The notes under the pieces are model-generated. The model saw only the letters and a program-made list of their open reading frames with translations. It ran no database searches and was not told where the DNA came from. A DNA stretch of 64,000 nucleotides from Chitinophagaceae bacterium (lineage in GTDB: Bacteria; Bacteroidota; Bacteroidia; Chitinophagales; Chitinophagaceae). Both the position numbers and the translations under genes were made by a program. The stretch spans positions 1,018 to 65,017 of the forward strand of contig JANOFR010000109.1 in assembly GCA_031413755.1 (NCBI GenBank), given 5' to 3'. Shown in pieces: positions 19,701-29,395 of this stretch (position 1 is the stretch's first letter; each line of letters starts with the position of its first letter).

Positions 19701-21548
19701 ATTGAGGTTTTCAATTTTCAAATTCGGATCATCTATATCAAGATTGCCCTTGAACAGGTTTTTAATAAAAGTTCCATTCAGGGTAATATTATTATAAGTA
19801 TAACCCGAAAATTCCAGCTGATGTACTTTACCATTAAAGTCGGCATTCAGGTCTTTTAAACTAAATCCCCTGCCTTTAACCTGGCCAGTAAGGGCAATAT
19901 TTCCCAATTGACCGGTATTAAAAAATTTACCCAGGTTAAATCCTGCTGAGGAAATTTTTCCGGAATAGGTTGGCACCTGGTTATCCCGCAGTTTCATATT
20001 TAAATCGGCATTTAAATTGCCCAGGCTGGTATTGATATTTCCGTAAGCAACAAAATCTTTTAAAAACCCCGTAAATTTTCCTTTGAAACGGATATTGCCC
20101 AACTGGCTTAACTGTGGCTGCCTTAAATTTATTAATGAGGGTACCAGTTGTATAAGATCACTGTAATTGGTCTGCAGGTCATTTGATTCCAGATCGATGA
20201 ACGTGTTATAAATATCCGGCAATCCCCTTAATGCAATATTACCATCGATTATTGTGTTGCCGCTTTTAATAATCATTTTTTTTGCCGACAGATTATCAAT
20301 CGTACCTTTTGCTTCTCCATCAAAAAATAAAATGCGGTTCCATGTTTTTAATTCCGGCGCAAAAAAAGCGATGTCATCACTGTGTATATGACTTTTTTCA
20401 AATTTACCCTCCAGTCTAACAGCATGTAAAAAATCACTCATATCCGCATTAAAATCTCTATACTTCATGGAATAATATTTCCCGATCCTGCTTTTATCAG
20501 TAATAATATCAAGATTAGTAAACTCCATGATCGCCGGGGTTACTTTAATATGGGCGGCCAGTTGTTTTACTTCAAATCCGCTTTTCTCCCTGGTTGATAA
20601 TTTTATGGCTGCGGTAACTGTATCTTTTGCAAAAACAATATTGTTTAACTCGCCATTAATGTTTGAAAATGTGAAATGTTGCCCGTCAAAATGGTCACTA
20701 TAAGGTGCCCTTTCAGTTTCTCTTTCATTGATAAAAACGCCGTTTTTTAAAAGTATTTTAGCAATACTTAACTGCCATCCGCCTGCATTTCTTTTTAATT
20801 GCCCCGTATCTGAAAGGGATACAGGAGTGGGATTGGTAAAACCGGATGATTGTTTTTTGCCTTTATATTCCGATAAAAGAAAAACCGGGCTCTCCAGGTT
20901 TATCTGATCTATAGCGATCTGCTTTTTTTTAAAATCAAAATCATCGGCAGTAAGATAAAGTTTCTTAACAGATCCCTTCAAATCCTGGCCAATCCATTTG
21001 TCAACTTTGTTAAAAACAACATTTTTTAAATCAAGTATTTTAAGATCTATTTGTATTGAACCTTTCCCGGTATCATTATTTTTTTCAGGTCCTGTAAAAA
21101 AATCGGCCAGAAACTGGTAATTCCAGAACGTGTCTGTACGGTTCATATTGATAACCACATCAGAAAGACCTACATACTTAAGCACGGGTTTCTCTTTAAA
21201 GAAAAACCAATCCGTAATATTCACTTTAAGTGTTCCGGCATATAATAAGGTGTCTTTTTTCCTGTCCTCGATCAAAACACCTTCCAGGAGGATCTTGTTA
21301 AACAGGCTGAAATCAACATGCTTTACTTCAACGTTGGTTTTTAATTTTTTTGAAAGGATTTTAGTTGCTTTTGTAACCAGCCAGTTTTGTACCGGTGTTG
21401 TTTGTATAAAGCCCCAGATCGATAAAATGAAGAATAAAAAAATTAAAAAAAAAGAGGATTTATACATCGCATTTTTAAACAGAATACCCCATAATGTTGC
21501 CCAACCGATCAGGGAAAATGCAAAAAGCCATTTGGAAACCGGCAGCAC
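16758..21548 (-). CDS. tamB: translocation/assembly module protein TamB (DUF490/AsmA-like)
   Basis: About 1600-aa ORF with an N-terminal TM helix followed by IQTTPVQNWL, long beta-rich repeats and a C-terminal DUF490-like region. The start is uncertain: GTG 21548 or ATG 21467. Its stop codon abuts the ribBA stop. Confidence 0.8.
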   Translation of the reverse strand: MLPVSKWLFAFSLIGWATLWGILFKNAMYKSSFFLIFLFFILSIWGFIQTTPVQNWLVTKATKILSKKLKTNVEVKHVDFSLFNKILLEGVLIEDRKKDTLLYAGTLKVNITDWFFFKEKPVLKYVGLSDVVINMNRTDTFWNYQFLADFFTGPEKNNDTGKGSIQIDLKILDLKNVVFNKVDKWIGQDLKGSVKKLYLTADDFDFKKKQIAIDQINLESPVFLLSEYKGKKQSSGFTNPTPVSLSDTGQLKRNAGGWQLSIAKILLKNGVFINERETERAPYSDHFDGQHFTFSNINGELNNIVFAKDTVTAAIKLSTREKSGFEVKQLAAHIKVTPAIMEFTNLDIITDKSRIGKYYSMKYRDFNADMSDFLHAVRLEGKFEKSHIHSDDIAFFAPELKTWNRILFFDGEAKGTIDNLSAKKMIIKSGNTIIDGNIALRGLPDIYNTFIDLESNDLQTNYSDLIQLVPSLINLRQPQLSQLGNIRFKGKFTGFLKDFVAYGNINTSLGNLNADLNMKLRDNQVPTYSGKISSAGFNLGKFFNTGQLGNIALTGQVKGRGFSLKDLNADFNGKVHQLEFSGYTYNNITLNGTFIKNLFKGNLDIDDPNLKIENLNGSISLLGDTTKFNFDADLQKANLQKLNFTKQDFSLSGLLSLNFTGNNIDNFLGNAKMYNATLRHDTTRLSFDSLKITSLLAGSNRLLDVQSNEIEANLTGKFKILELPDAFKVFLNRYYPSYIDEPAQTISDQDFSFLIKTKQVDEFVQLFDKKLNGFNNAVFSGNLKMAKNELNVKATVPEFSYDGKRFVNINLAANGSLDSLNADISVSDVALSDSLHFPNTRLILNSKNDISNIQLTTSASKSLTDAQLNARIQTLTDGVKIHFSPSSFILNEKKWNLSKDGELTLRKSYLEANNIRFTQGLQEIVISTELDELTDHINLAANLKKVYINDFTQLFIKQPRLEGTLTGKLKLRDPFGKQVIEYDATAEEFRLDNKPIGTVNIKGEVNTTTGLIKLKSNADGKLYKFDIDGTYNYKDSSDNQIDIAFLAERFDISLLDNYLGSIFSNMQGNANSTLKLSGGKNHQYVTGSVTVTEGSLKVNYTQCKYKFSNETVIFNPDEIDLGFLQLKDTLHYTGTVSGKMKHNFFQNFTFDNMHFETGKMLLLNTTKKDNSQFYGKVIGKAVMTLDGPESDMKMNITGEPSALDSSHIYIPTSSSQEIGKIDYIEFIEYGSKMEDEFKRKKETNFLVNMNLTANPACKIDVILDEALGDIIKGKGNGRLNIRVGSKEPVSIRGNYDITEGEYTFNFQTFLKKYFTIKQGSINWNGDPYLAQINIDAEYLAKNIDMRSISSSFKQKSDLTIVAHLSGVLNKPDVSFDFILPKVTERNFIADKRLEDIKNDKNEMLKQVASLLLLNTFISENESFLTGDNTLGLAANTIGQVLSNALTSTFSKFLQKALNDNTISTYFDVSSSLDLKNSASQLQGAVKLGITKSYFKNKMVISLGGNLDYNNPYLLNTNVLLTPDFTAEWLLSKDGKVRIVGFRRTNIDYSFGQRNRQGISLSYRSDFDHLSEIFAPNEEKRKRRLEAKLKEEVSVPF

Positions 21549-21726
21549 ATATATGAACAGAACACCCAGTACAACCCAAAAGAGGATCGTAAGGAAAACC
21601 CATTTTAATATGTTGGTAAGTCTATCCAGTGGAAAATATTAGGTGTAAAAATAGTTATTCAGCCCAGTAAAGGCAAATTCAGTACCAAACTTTCAATTAT
21701 CAGGTTAGTTAAAAGTATTATAATAA

Positions 21727-22257
21727 TCAGGTTTTAGTTTTCATTTGTGTGTTAAACTGATCAGATTTTCCTTTGGGGATGGAAAGGTTTTGCCAGCCGG
21801 TATTTTTTATGATCCTGGCTATATAAATAATTTGACCAACATGATAGGGGTAATGCGCCATTTGCCGGTTGATGGCATCAATGACCGGTAAGCCTTCGCC
21901 GCGGATAAAAATTGTTTTTAACAGGTCGGCTTCGGTTAATGAATGCAACATGTTTAAACAACAATCCCATCCTTTATCCCATATTTCAATAAGTTGTTGT
22001 TTAGTTAAATTTTGTTCCTCAAATTCCACATCCCTGTTACGCCATTCCTTTTCTCCGTCAGTGGTTAAAAAATCAGTCCAGCGGCTGAGCATATTACCGG
22101 CCATATGCTGAATAATTAATGCGATGCAATTGCTTGTTTCATTAGGCTGAAAATGAAAATCAGCCTCATTAAGTTGTACAAAGGTTTTATTGCCAAGCTC
22201 TTTGTAATAGCTTAAACGTTTAATGGTGCTATTCAAAAATTCATTCCCTAAATTCAT
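21727..22257 (-). CDS. DinB-superfamily protein (DUF1572-like)
   Basis: 176-aa ORF with the His pattern of the DinB four-helix bundle (IIQHMAGN ... MAHYPYHVGQI). Confidence 0.75.
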   Translation of the reverse strand: MNLGNEFLNSTIKRLSYYKELGNKTFVQLNEADFHFQPNETSNCIALIIQHMAGNMLSRWTDFLTTDGEKEWRNRDVEFEEQNLTKQQLIEIWDKGWDCCLNMLHSLTEADLLKTIFIRGEGLPVIDAINRQMAHYPYHVGQIIYIARIIKNTGWQNLSIPKGKSDQFNTQMKTKT

Positions 22258-22269
22258 GCCCGTCTTTTT

Positions 22270-22304
22270 ACTTATAACTTACAACTTATAAATTTCAACT
22301 TCTT
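22270..22304. repeat. 7-bp-period tandem repeat (ACTTATA family, 5 units)
   Basis: ACTTATA ACTTACA ACTTATA AATTTCA ACTTCTT. On the minus strand it starts right after the ggt stop. It is near-identical to the reverse complement of 45063-45083. Confidence 0.5.
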
Positions 22305-24043
22305 TAATATCCCCTTGCATCATCATCACCTCTTTTATCTCCCACTGCAATAATTGTCCTGAGTTGTTTTGAGGTATTTTTTATTTGAATAACTTCTGTG
22401 CTGCTCCAGGCTCCCTTAATTTTAACAGTATATCCCATGTCTTCCAGTTGTTTTCTTACCGCTTCCGGAAAATCTTTTTCTACAGAAACTACATCAGGAA
22501 GGTGTTGGTGATGAAATTTTGGTTTGTTAACTGCGTCTTCTGCAGTCATGTTAAATTCCAAAACATTTACCAATGTTTGAAAAACACTTGTAGGAATTGT
22601 TGTGCCTCCCGGGGTACCAACTACCAGGTAAGGTAAGCCGTTTTTTAAAACAATGGTCGGCGTCATACTGCTTAACATTCTTTTGCCGGGTGCGATTGCA
22701 TTTTTTTCGTTACCTAAGGCACCATACATATTGGGGATGCCTGGTTTAACACTAAAATCATCCATCTCGTTATTTAACAGAAAACCTGCACCACTAACAA
22801 CGGTACGGCTGCCATATCCACCATTCAACGTAGTGGTTACAGATACTGCATTGCCATCAGTATCCATTACGCTTAAGTGTGTTGTCTCTTCACTTTCTTT
22901 TATAGTTCCGGCCAGGATTGTTTTACTGTTACCGGCTTTACCCGGTTTATAATCCTTCATGCGCTCTTTCAAATAATCGATACTTACCAATGTTTTAACC
23001 GGAACATTTACAAAATCCGGATCGCCCAGAAACGCTGCCCTGTCGGCATATGCCCGGCGTTCCACTTCGGTCATTAATTGCACAGAAGCTGCTGTTTGAA
23101 ATTGCATGGCCGCGATATTTTTATCTTCAATCATCATCATCAACTGTTGTAAAATAATACCACCACTACTGGGTAAGGGCATGGTAATAATGCGGTAGCC
23201 TTTGTAATTAAAATCAATAGCGGTTCTTTCTTTTGCCTGGTATGATTTCAGATCATCCAGCGTAATAATTCCTGCCTGTCCCGCAGGCAGCTCTTTGCCT
23301 TTTTGCATTTCGGCAACGATCAGCCTCGCAGTTTCACCCTCGTAAAACCCTTTTCGCCCGTTATCTCTTATACGCTTTAAAGTTTGGGCAAGGTCTTTTT
23401 GTATTAAAATATCTCCTGCTTTCCATGCCGTTTCTTTTACAAAGGAAACAGGAGAACGATTTAGTTCTAAAAATTCTTTTTTAGTTCTGTTGAATGATAA
23501 GGCTTGTGCCTGAGTAATGGCAAAACCTTTTTCAGCAAGGTCAATGGCAGGCTGTATTAATGTAACAAATGAAAGCTTTGCATATTTCATACTGGCGAAC
23601 AAACCGGCTACTGTGCCCGGTACACCAGATGCCAAATGTCCATCCTGCGATAAATTCAATTGAGGGTTTCCTGCTGAATCCAGGTACATATCCCTGCCTG
23701 CTTTTCCCGGGGCCTTTTCCCGGTAATCCAGGCTTATATTTTCACCATTTTTTAAATGGGCAATCATAAACCCGCCACCACCTATATTTCCGGCACCGGG
23801 ATAAACAACCGCCAATGCCAATTGAGTGGCAATAGCAGCATCTATAGCATTACCGCCCTTTTTTAAAATATATACGCCAACAATACTTGCCAGGGGGTGG
23901 GCAGAAACAACGGCTCCTTTATGGCAACTGATTTTTTTCTGAATTGTATAGTTTTTGCTGTCAACAGGCTGTGCCTGGGTGCAAACCGTTATTGAAGAAA
24001 GAATATATACAAAACCGGTAAAAAGTATTTTATAAAATTGCAT
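22304..24043 (-). CDS. ggt: gamma-glutamyltransferase
   Basis: 579-aa ORF with a signal peptide and the autoprocessing-site region (ETTHLSVMDTDGNAVSVTTTLN), followed by GGTTIPT. Confidence 0.95.
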   Translation of the reverse strand: MQFYKILFTGFVYILSSITVCTQAQPVDSKNYTIQKKISCHKGAVVSAHPLASIVGVYILKKGGNAIDAAIATQLALAVVYPGAGNIGGGGFMIAHLKNGENISLDYREKAPGKAGRDMYLDSAGNPQLNLSQDGHLASGVPGTVAGLFASMKYAKLSFVTLIQPAIDLAEKGFAITQAQALSFNRTKKEFLELNRSPVSFVKETAWKAGDILIQKDLAQTLKRIRDNGRKGFYEGETARLIVAEMQKGKELPAGQAGIITLDDLKSYQAKERTAIDFNYKGYRIITMPLPSSGGIILQQLMMMIEDKNIAAMQFQTAASVQLMTEVERRAYADRAAFLGDPDFVNVPVKTLVSIDYLKERMKDYKPGKAGNSKTILAGTIKESEETTHLSVMDTDGNAVSVTTTLNGGYGSRTVVSGAGFLLNNEMDDFSVKPGIPNMYGALGNEKNAIAPGKRMLSSMTPTIVLKNGLPYLVVGTPGGTTIPTSVFQTLVNVLEFNMTAEDAVNKPKFHHQHLPDVVSVEKDFPEAVRKQLEDMGYTVKIKGAWSSTEVIQIKNTSKQLRTIIAVGDKRGDDDARGY

Positions 24044-24259
24044 ATTTTAATATTTTCCCGAATTTACTTTATTGCGGCCAATTAATATTCAATCTGAAAA
24101 TTTATTTAAAGTTGCAGTTAAAATTGAGGATTTTCATATTCTGTATAAGTGGTGTGCACAAGTCGTCTGCTTTCTTTATTTTCACGTAATATTTAAAAAC
24201 AGGTATTCATACTTACCAGTTGAATTATTTTATTAATTAAACAGGACTAAAATCAAACA

Positions 24260-26776
24260 ATGAGAATCAGTATAACTTTCTTTATCCTGCTTTTAGTAAG
24301 CAGTAGTTTATTTGCACAACTAAAATCGCCTGACGATTTTTTAGGCTATAAGCTTGGCGACAAATTTACACCCCATTACAAAATTGTAAATTACTTTAAC
24401 CAGGCATCGGCTTCTGTGCCACAGATGATGAAGCTGGAAAAATATGGTGAAACAAATGAAGGCAGGGAGCTTTTACTGGCAATTATTTCCACCCCCGGGA
24501 ATATGTCTAAGCTCGATGAGATCAAAAAAAATAATTTGCGACTCACCGGCATTCTAAAAGATAAACCGGCTGATTTAACCGGTCCTGTAATTGTCTGGTT
24601 GAGTTATAATGTACATGGCAATGAAGCCAGTTCATCAGAGGTTTCGATGAAAACTTTGTACGAATTATTAAACACGGCCAACAACCAAACCAACAACTGG
24701 TTAAAAAATACGGTGGTTATCATTGATCCCTGTTTAAATCCGGATGGAAGAGACCGTTATGTTAATTGGTTTACTCAAATGGCTGGAAAAAATCCTGATG
24801 CCAATCCCGATACCAGGGAGCATAGTGAACCCTGGCCTGGGGGAAGGTTAAATCATTATAATTTTGATTTGAATCGTGACTGGGCCTGGCAAACACAGGT
24901 AGAAACTCAGGGCCGGGTAAAAAAATATAATGATTGGATGCCGCAGATCCATTGCGATTTTCATGAGCAGGGTATAAATAATCCTTACTTTTTTGCTCCG
25001 GCTGCTGAACCGTTTCATGAAGTGATCACGCCCTGGCAACGGCAATTTCAAACTACGATCGGCAAAAACCACGCAAAGTATTTTGATGCAAACGGCTGGT
25101 TATATTTTACAAAAGAAATTTTTGACCTGTTTTATCCTGCCTATGGCGATACTTACCCCACCTATAACGGAGCAATTGGTATGACCTACGAACAGGCCGG
25201 TCATAGCCAGGGTGGATTAGCTGTTATTACCAATGATGGCGATACACTTAGTTTAAAAGACAGAATTGCTCATCACTTTACCAGCAGCATGAGCACCATT
25301 GAAATTGCTTCCCAAAATGCTGATAAGCTACTCAGTGAATTTAAAAAATATTTTGATGATGCCAATACAGGCGTAATTGGTGAATACAAAACTTATGTGA
25401 TTACTGAAACCAATACAGGCAAACGGGAAGCCCTGCGTAAGTTCTTTGAAATAAATGGAATTAATTATGGCAGTATAAATGCAGCTGCAATAAAAGGGTA
25501 TAATTATTTTACCGGTAAAGAAGAAACATTTGCTGCCGGTAACCATATAGCTGTTTCTGCTTATCAGCCTAAATCAGCACTGGTGAAAGTTTTGTTTGAA
25601 CCCAGATCCAAATTAAGCGATTCGGTTACTTATGATATTACTGCCTGGAGCCTGCCTTTTGTTTATGGAGCACAAAGCTATGCAGTTAAGGAAAGAATAG
25701 CAGTAGGAAATTATAGCAGCCCAATTGCCAACGCCGCAGTTTCACTGGCCGCTTATGGTTACCTTATTAATTATAATTCATTTGAAGATGTAAGATTTTT
25801 GGCTGCTTTGTTACATGCAAAAATTAAAGTTCGTTATGCCGAACGGGAGTTTACATATAATGGCCGGTCTTTTCAAAAAGGAACGATCATTGTTTTAAAA
25901 AAGGGGAATGAAGATAAATTACAGCAGTTTGTAAATATAGCGCAATCTTTTAATGCAGCCGTTACCCCGGTTAGTAGCGGATTTATGGACACCGGTTTTG
26001 ATTTCGGCAGTGAAAAAGTTCATCTGATAAAAAATCCGAAGATTGTACTTTTATCCGGAAAAGGCGTTAATCCCAATGCTTCCGGTGAAGTATGGCATTT
26101 ATTTGAGCAACAGATCAATTACCCGGTTAGTTTAATGAATGCAGATGAAATTGACGGCCGTGCTTTAAAAAATATTGATGTATTGATATTGCCTGATGGT
26201 TATTATAATTTTTTAAAAGATAAAGATGCAGGTACCGAAATTAAAATGTGGATTCAGCACGGGGGCAAAGTTATAGCCCTTGATAATGCTGTTGCTCAAA
26301 TTGCAAAGGCAGACTGGGGTATCAAACTGAAAAAAGATGACGAAGCTGAAAAGGCAGATGAAAAAAAAGATAAGAAGGACAATAAAATGGTTTATGCTGA
26401 TATAAAACCCTATGAGAACCGGGAAAGAGATGGTATTGCAAATAATATTCCCGGTGCCATTTATAAAGTTGAGATGGATAATTCACATCCTTTGGCATTT
26501 GGGTATGCTAAAAATTATTATTCACTGAAGCTGGGCGGTAATTTGTATGAGTTTATGAAAGATGGGTGGAATGTGGGTATTATAAAAAAAGAAAACCAAA
26601 CCGCAGGCTTTGTTGGAAACAAAACCCGTGAAAAAATTAAAGATGGAACAGTGATCGGTGTTCAACCACTGGGAAACGGGTCTATTATATTTTTTGCAGA
26701 TGATCCTGTATTTAGAAATTTTTGGGAGAATGGTAAGATGCTGCTGGCGAATGCGGTTTTTTTAGTTGGGCAATAA
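24260..26776 (+). CDS. M14-family zinc carboxypeptidase-like protein with a long C-terminal extension
   Basis: 838-aa secreted ORF. Contains the M14 zinc motif region (YNVHGNEASSSE) and a DFHEQ block. A Lys/Asp/Glu-rich linker lies near aa 690-705. Confidence 0.8.
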   Translation: MRISITFFILLLVSSSLFAQLKSPDDFLGYKLGDKFTPHYKIVNYFNQASASVPQMMKLEKYGETNEGRELLLAIISTPGNMSKLDEIKKNNLRLTGILKDKPADLTGPVIVWLSYNVHGNEASSSEVSMKTLYELLNTANNQTNNWLKNTVVIIDPCLNPDGRDRYVNWFTQMAGKNPDANPDTREHSEPWPGGRLNHYNFDLNRDWAWQTQVETQGRVKKYNDWMPQIHCDFHEQGINNPYFFAPAAEPFHEVITPWQRQFQTTIGKNHAKYFDANGWLYFTKEIFDLFYPAYGDTYPTYNGAIGMTYEQAGHSQGGLAVITNDGDTLSLKDRIAHHFTSSMSTIEIASQNADKLLSEFKKYFDDANTGVIGEYKTYVITETNTGKREALRKFFEINGINYGSINAAAIKGYNYFTGKEETFAAGNHIAVSAYQPKSALVKVLFEPRSKLSDSVTYDITAWSLPFVYGAQSYAVKERIAVGNYSSPIANAAVSLAAYGYLINYNSFEDVRFLAALLHAKIKVRYAEREFTYNGRSFQKGTIIVLKKGNEDKLQQFVNIAQSFNAAVTPVSSGFMDTGFDFGSEKVHLIKNPKIVLLSGKGVNPNASGEVWHLFEQQINYPVSLMNADEIDGRALKNIDVLILPDGYYNFLKDKDAGTEIKMWIQHGGKVIALDNAVAQIAKADWGIKLKKDDEAEKADEKKDKKDNKMVYADIKPYENRERDGIANNIPGAIYKVEMDNSHPLAFGYAKNYYSLKLGGNLYEFMKDGWNVGIIKKENQTAGFVGNKTREKIKDGTVIGVQPLGNGSIIFFADDPVFRNFWENGKMLLANAVFLVGQ

Positions 26777-26801
26777 AAAATTAAACGAATAAATATTTAT
26801 A

Positions 26802-29282
26802 ATGATCAAGAAGTCGTTTTTCGCATTTTTAATTTTTAATTTATCATTTTTAATTTCAAATGCACAACCCCCCAGGTCGTATTCATCTTCAGAAATATTA
26901 TTGCAGTTAAAAAAACTCAATGTCCTGGGTTCGGTTTTATACATTGCTGCTCATCCCGATGATGAGAACACCAGGTTGATGGCATACCTGGCTAATGAAA
27001 AATTATACCGGACCGGTTATTTAAGTTTAACCCGTGGTGATGGCGGACAAAATTTAATAGGAGATGAGCAGGGTGTTGATCTGGGATTGATCCGTACGCA
27101 GGAATTACTGGCAGCCCGCCGTATTGATGGTGCAGAGCAGTTCTTCAGCCGGGCATTTGATTTTGGTTACAGTAAAAGCCCGGAAGAAACTTTAACCTTT
27201 TGGGGACACGATAAAATATTGAGTGATGTTGTTTGGGTGATCCGTAAATTTCGTCCTGATGTGATCATCACCCGTTTTCCTACAACCGGCGAAGGTGGGC
27301 ACGGTCATCATACTGCATCTGCTGTTCTTGCAGGCGAAGCATTTGATGCAGCTGCAGACCCGGCTAAATTTCCGGAACAGCTGACCCAGGGCGTATCCGT
27401 TTGGCATGCAAAAAGAATTTTATGGAACACATTTAATTTTGGGGGTACCAATACACAAAGCAATGATCAGTTTAAACTGGACTGTGGGGATTATAATCCT
27501 GTACTTGGAAAAAGCTATGGCGAAATTGCTGCTGCAAGCCGCAGTCAGCATAAGAGCCAGGGTTTTGGTGTACCTGCACAAAGAGGCAGTGTTATTGAAT
27601 ATTTTAAAACTATAAAAGGGCCATCACCGGTAATTGAATTGATGGAAGATGTAGAGATAAGCTGGAAAAGAACGGCTGATGAGGGGGTTGCCAATATGGT
27701 AAACGGGGTAATCGAAAAATTCGATGTATCACATCCGGAAAAATCAATAGCAGCACTGGTTGATCTCTATAAAAAAGTTGAAGTTCTGCAGGATGATTTT
27801 TGGAAAAATCAAAAGCTGCATGACCTGAAAGTGTTGATTCAAAATTGCAGTGGCTTATTTATGGATGCAACAACCACTGCCCGGTATGCTGTTCTGGGCG
27901 ACAGCCTGAAAATAAATTTAGTGGTTAACAACCGATCCGGTGCCCTTATATTAAATGCCGATGCTTATTTAAATGATGATTATATCATTTTTGACCAGCT
28001 TACAAAAAATACCAATTCTGTAAAGCTTTATACCATGTTTATCAGGCCAAATACAAAACTAACACAGCCATACTGGCTTGAAAGCCCAATGGATAAAGGG
28101 AGCTTTACTGTTACTGATCAACAGCAAATAGGTAAAGGCGAAAGCGATCCGTTACAAGTTGTGTTTAGTATGCTTATTGAGGGTAAGGAATTTAAATTTA
28201 CAATACCGGTCCGTTATAAATATACCGATCCGGTAAAAGGGGAGCTTTATCAACCGGTAACCATTTTGCCAAAAGTTGAATTGAATTATAACGGCAGTGT
28301 TTTTCTCGCCATCAATAACAAACCCGTTGATATCGTAACTCATGTAAGATCTAATCTGCCGGCTGCTTCAAATTATTCAATTATAAAACAAACCTCTTCA
28401 AAAATAAGCAACAGCAATAACCCGTTTACTTTTAACAGTACCGCTACCAATAAACTCAACACTGAGTCATCAACTTTTACATTAAGCGGGGTTGATGCGG
28501 GTTATGTTGAAGAGATAAAATTACAGGCCAATGACGGTCAGCATAATTATCATCAGTACAAAAAAAATATTGAGTATGATCATATTCCTTCCATTGTTTA
28601 TTTCAAGGAGGCAACTGCTAAACTTTCAAAAATTGATTTGAAGACCGAAGGGAATTTAATTGGATATATTCCGGGTGCAGGGGATAAGATACCGGATGCC
28701 CTGATACAAATGGGATACAAAGTAGTAACGTTGAAAGAGAGTGATATTACTGCAGCTAATTTAAAACAGTTTGATGCTGTTGTTACGGGTGTGAGGGCTT
28801 ATAATACAAATGAATGGATGAATAATGTGTATGATGAACTTATGCAGTTTGTAAATGAAGGTGGGGTATTACTGGTACAATACAACACCAGTAACCAGAT
28901 AGGCCCTGTTAAAGCAAAAATATCTCCTTATCCATTTACTATCAGCCGCAACAGGATAACTGATGAAGAGGCAAAGGTTAATTTTTTAATTCCCGGGCAC
29001 CCGGCATTACATTATCCTAATAAAATAACAGATAAGGATTTTGAAGGCTGGATACAGGAGCGTAGTATTTATCATGCAGAAAAAGCGGATACCAGTTTTA
29101 AAAATATTCTAAGTATGAAGGATCCAGGAGAAAAAGAACTGGATGGAAGTCTGATCATTGCCAATTATGGTAAAGGAAGATTTGTTTATACCGGTTTGGT
29201 TTTCTTCAGGGAACTGCCGGCAGGTGTACCAGGTGCCTACCGGTTGTTTGCCAATTTAATTGCCAATACAAGAAAAAAGTAA
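26802..29282 (+). CDS. PIG-L/LmbE-family deacetylase with a large C-terminal domain
   Basis: 826-aa ORF with the LmbE motif (YIAAHPDDENTRLMAYL ... GGHGHH). The C-terminal region resembles a ThuA/GATase1-like fold. Confidence 0.85.
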   Translation: MIKKSFFAFLIFNLSFLISNAQPPRSYSSSEILLQLKKLNVLGSVLYIAAHPDDENTRLMAYLANEKLYRTGYLSLTRGDGGQNLIGDEQGVDLGLIRTQELLAARRIDGAEQFFSRAFDFGYSKSPEETLTFWGHDKILSDVVWVIRKFRPDVIITRFPTTGEGGHGHHTASAVLAGEAFDAAADPAKFPEQLTQGVSVWHAKRILWNTFNFGGTNTQSNDQFKLDCGDYNPVLGKSYGEIAAASRSQHKSQGFGVPAQRGSVIEYFKTIKGPSPVIELMEDVEISWKRTADEGVANMVNGVIEKFDVSHPEKSIAALVDLYKKVEVLQDDFWKNQKLHDLKVLIQNCSGLFMDATTTARYAVLGDSLKINLVVNNRSGALILNADAYLNDDYIIFDQLTKNTNSVKLYTMFIRPNTKLTQPYWLESPMDKGSFTVTDQQQIGKGESDPLQVVFSMLIEGKEFKFTIPVRYKYTDPVKGELYQPVTILPKVELNYNGSVFLAINNKPVDIVTHVRSNLPAASNYSIIKQTSSKISNSNNPFTFNSTATNKLNTESSTFTLSGVDAGYVEEIKLQANDGQHNYHQYKKNIEYDHIPSIVYFKEATAKLSKIDLKTEGNLIGYIPGAGDKIPDALIQMGYKVVTLKESDITAANLKQFDAVVTGVRAYNTNEWMNNVYDELMQFVNEGGVLLVQYNTSNQIGPVKAKISPYPFTISRNRITDEEAKVNFLIPGHPALHYPNKITDKDFEGWIQERSIYHAEKADTSFKNILSMKDPGEKELDGSLIIANYGKGRFVYTGLVFFRELPAGVPGAYRLFANLIANTRKK

Positions 29283-29395
29283 ATATTTTAAAAAGCGTTT
29301 TTATTATTTCAAACCCAGTGAACGATCTGATCATTATCAATAAATATGCTTAGATCAGGTGTTTCGGTATCGCTCAAAATAACAGGAATTAAAAT

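Noticed and set aside
21130-21642. A 170-aa plus-strand ORF antisense to the tamB 5' end. Many other 60-140-aa ORFs lie antisense within the TonB receptor, tamB, lon, ggt, proS and other genes (for example 10178-10597, 12129-12422, 40476-40811).
   Set aside because: These are shadow ORFs wholly inside long, well-supported genes on the other strand. They have low-complexity or biased composition and no recognisable motifs.
23271-23291. The CTGCCTG / CAGGCAG palindrome inside ggt. Related CTGCCGGCAG(G) palindromes occur at 29214-29223 and in the terminator at 44438-44461. I considered these as a possible REP-like family.
   Set aside because: The two coding copies simply encode Leu-Pro-Ala-Gly. 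At least the PIG-L one lies in a segment I recall as conserved (PAGVPGAYRLF). Three short GC palindromes are not enough to claim a repeat family.
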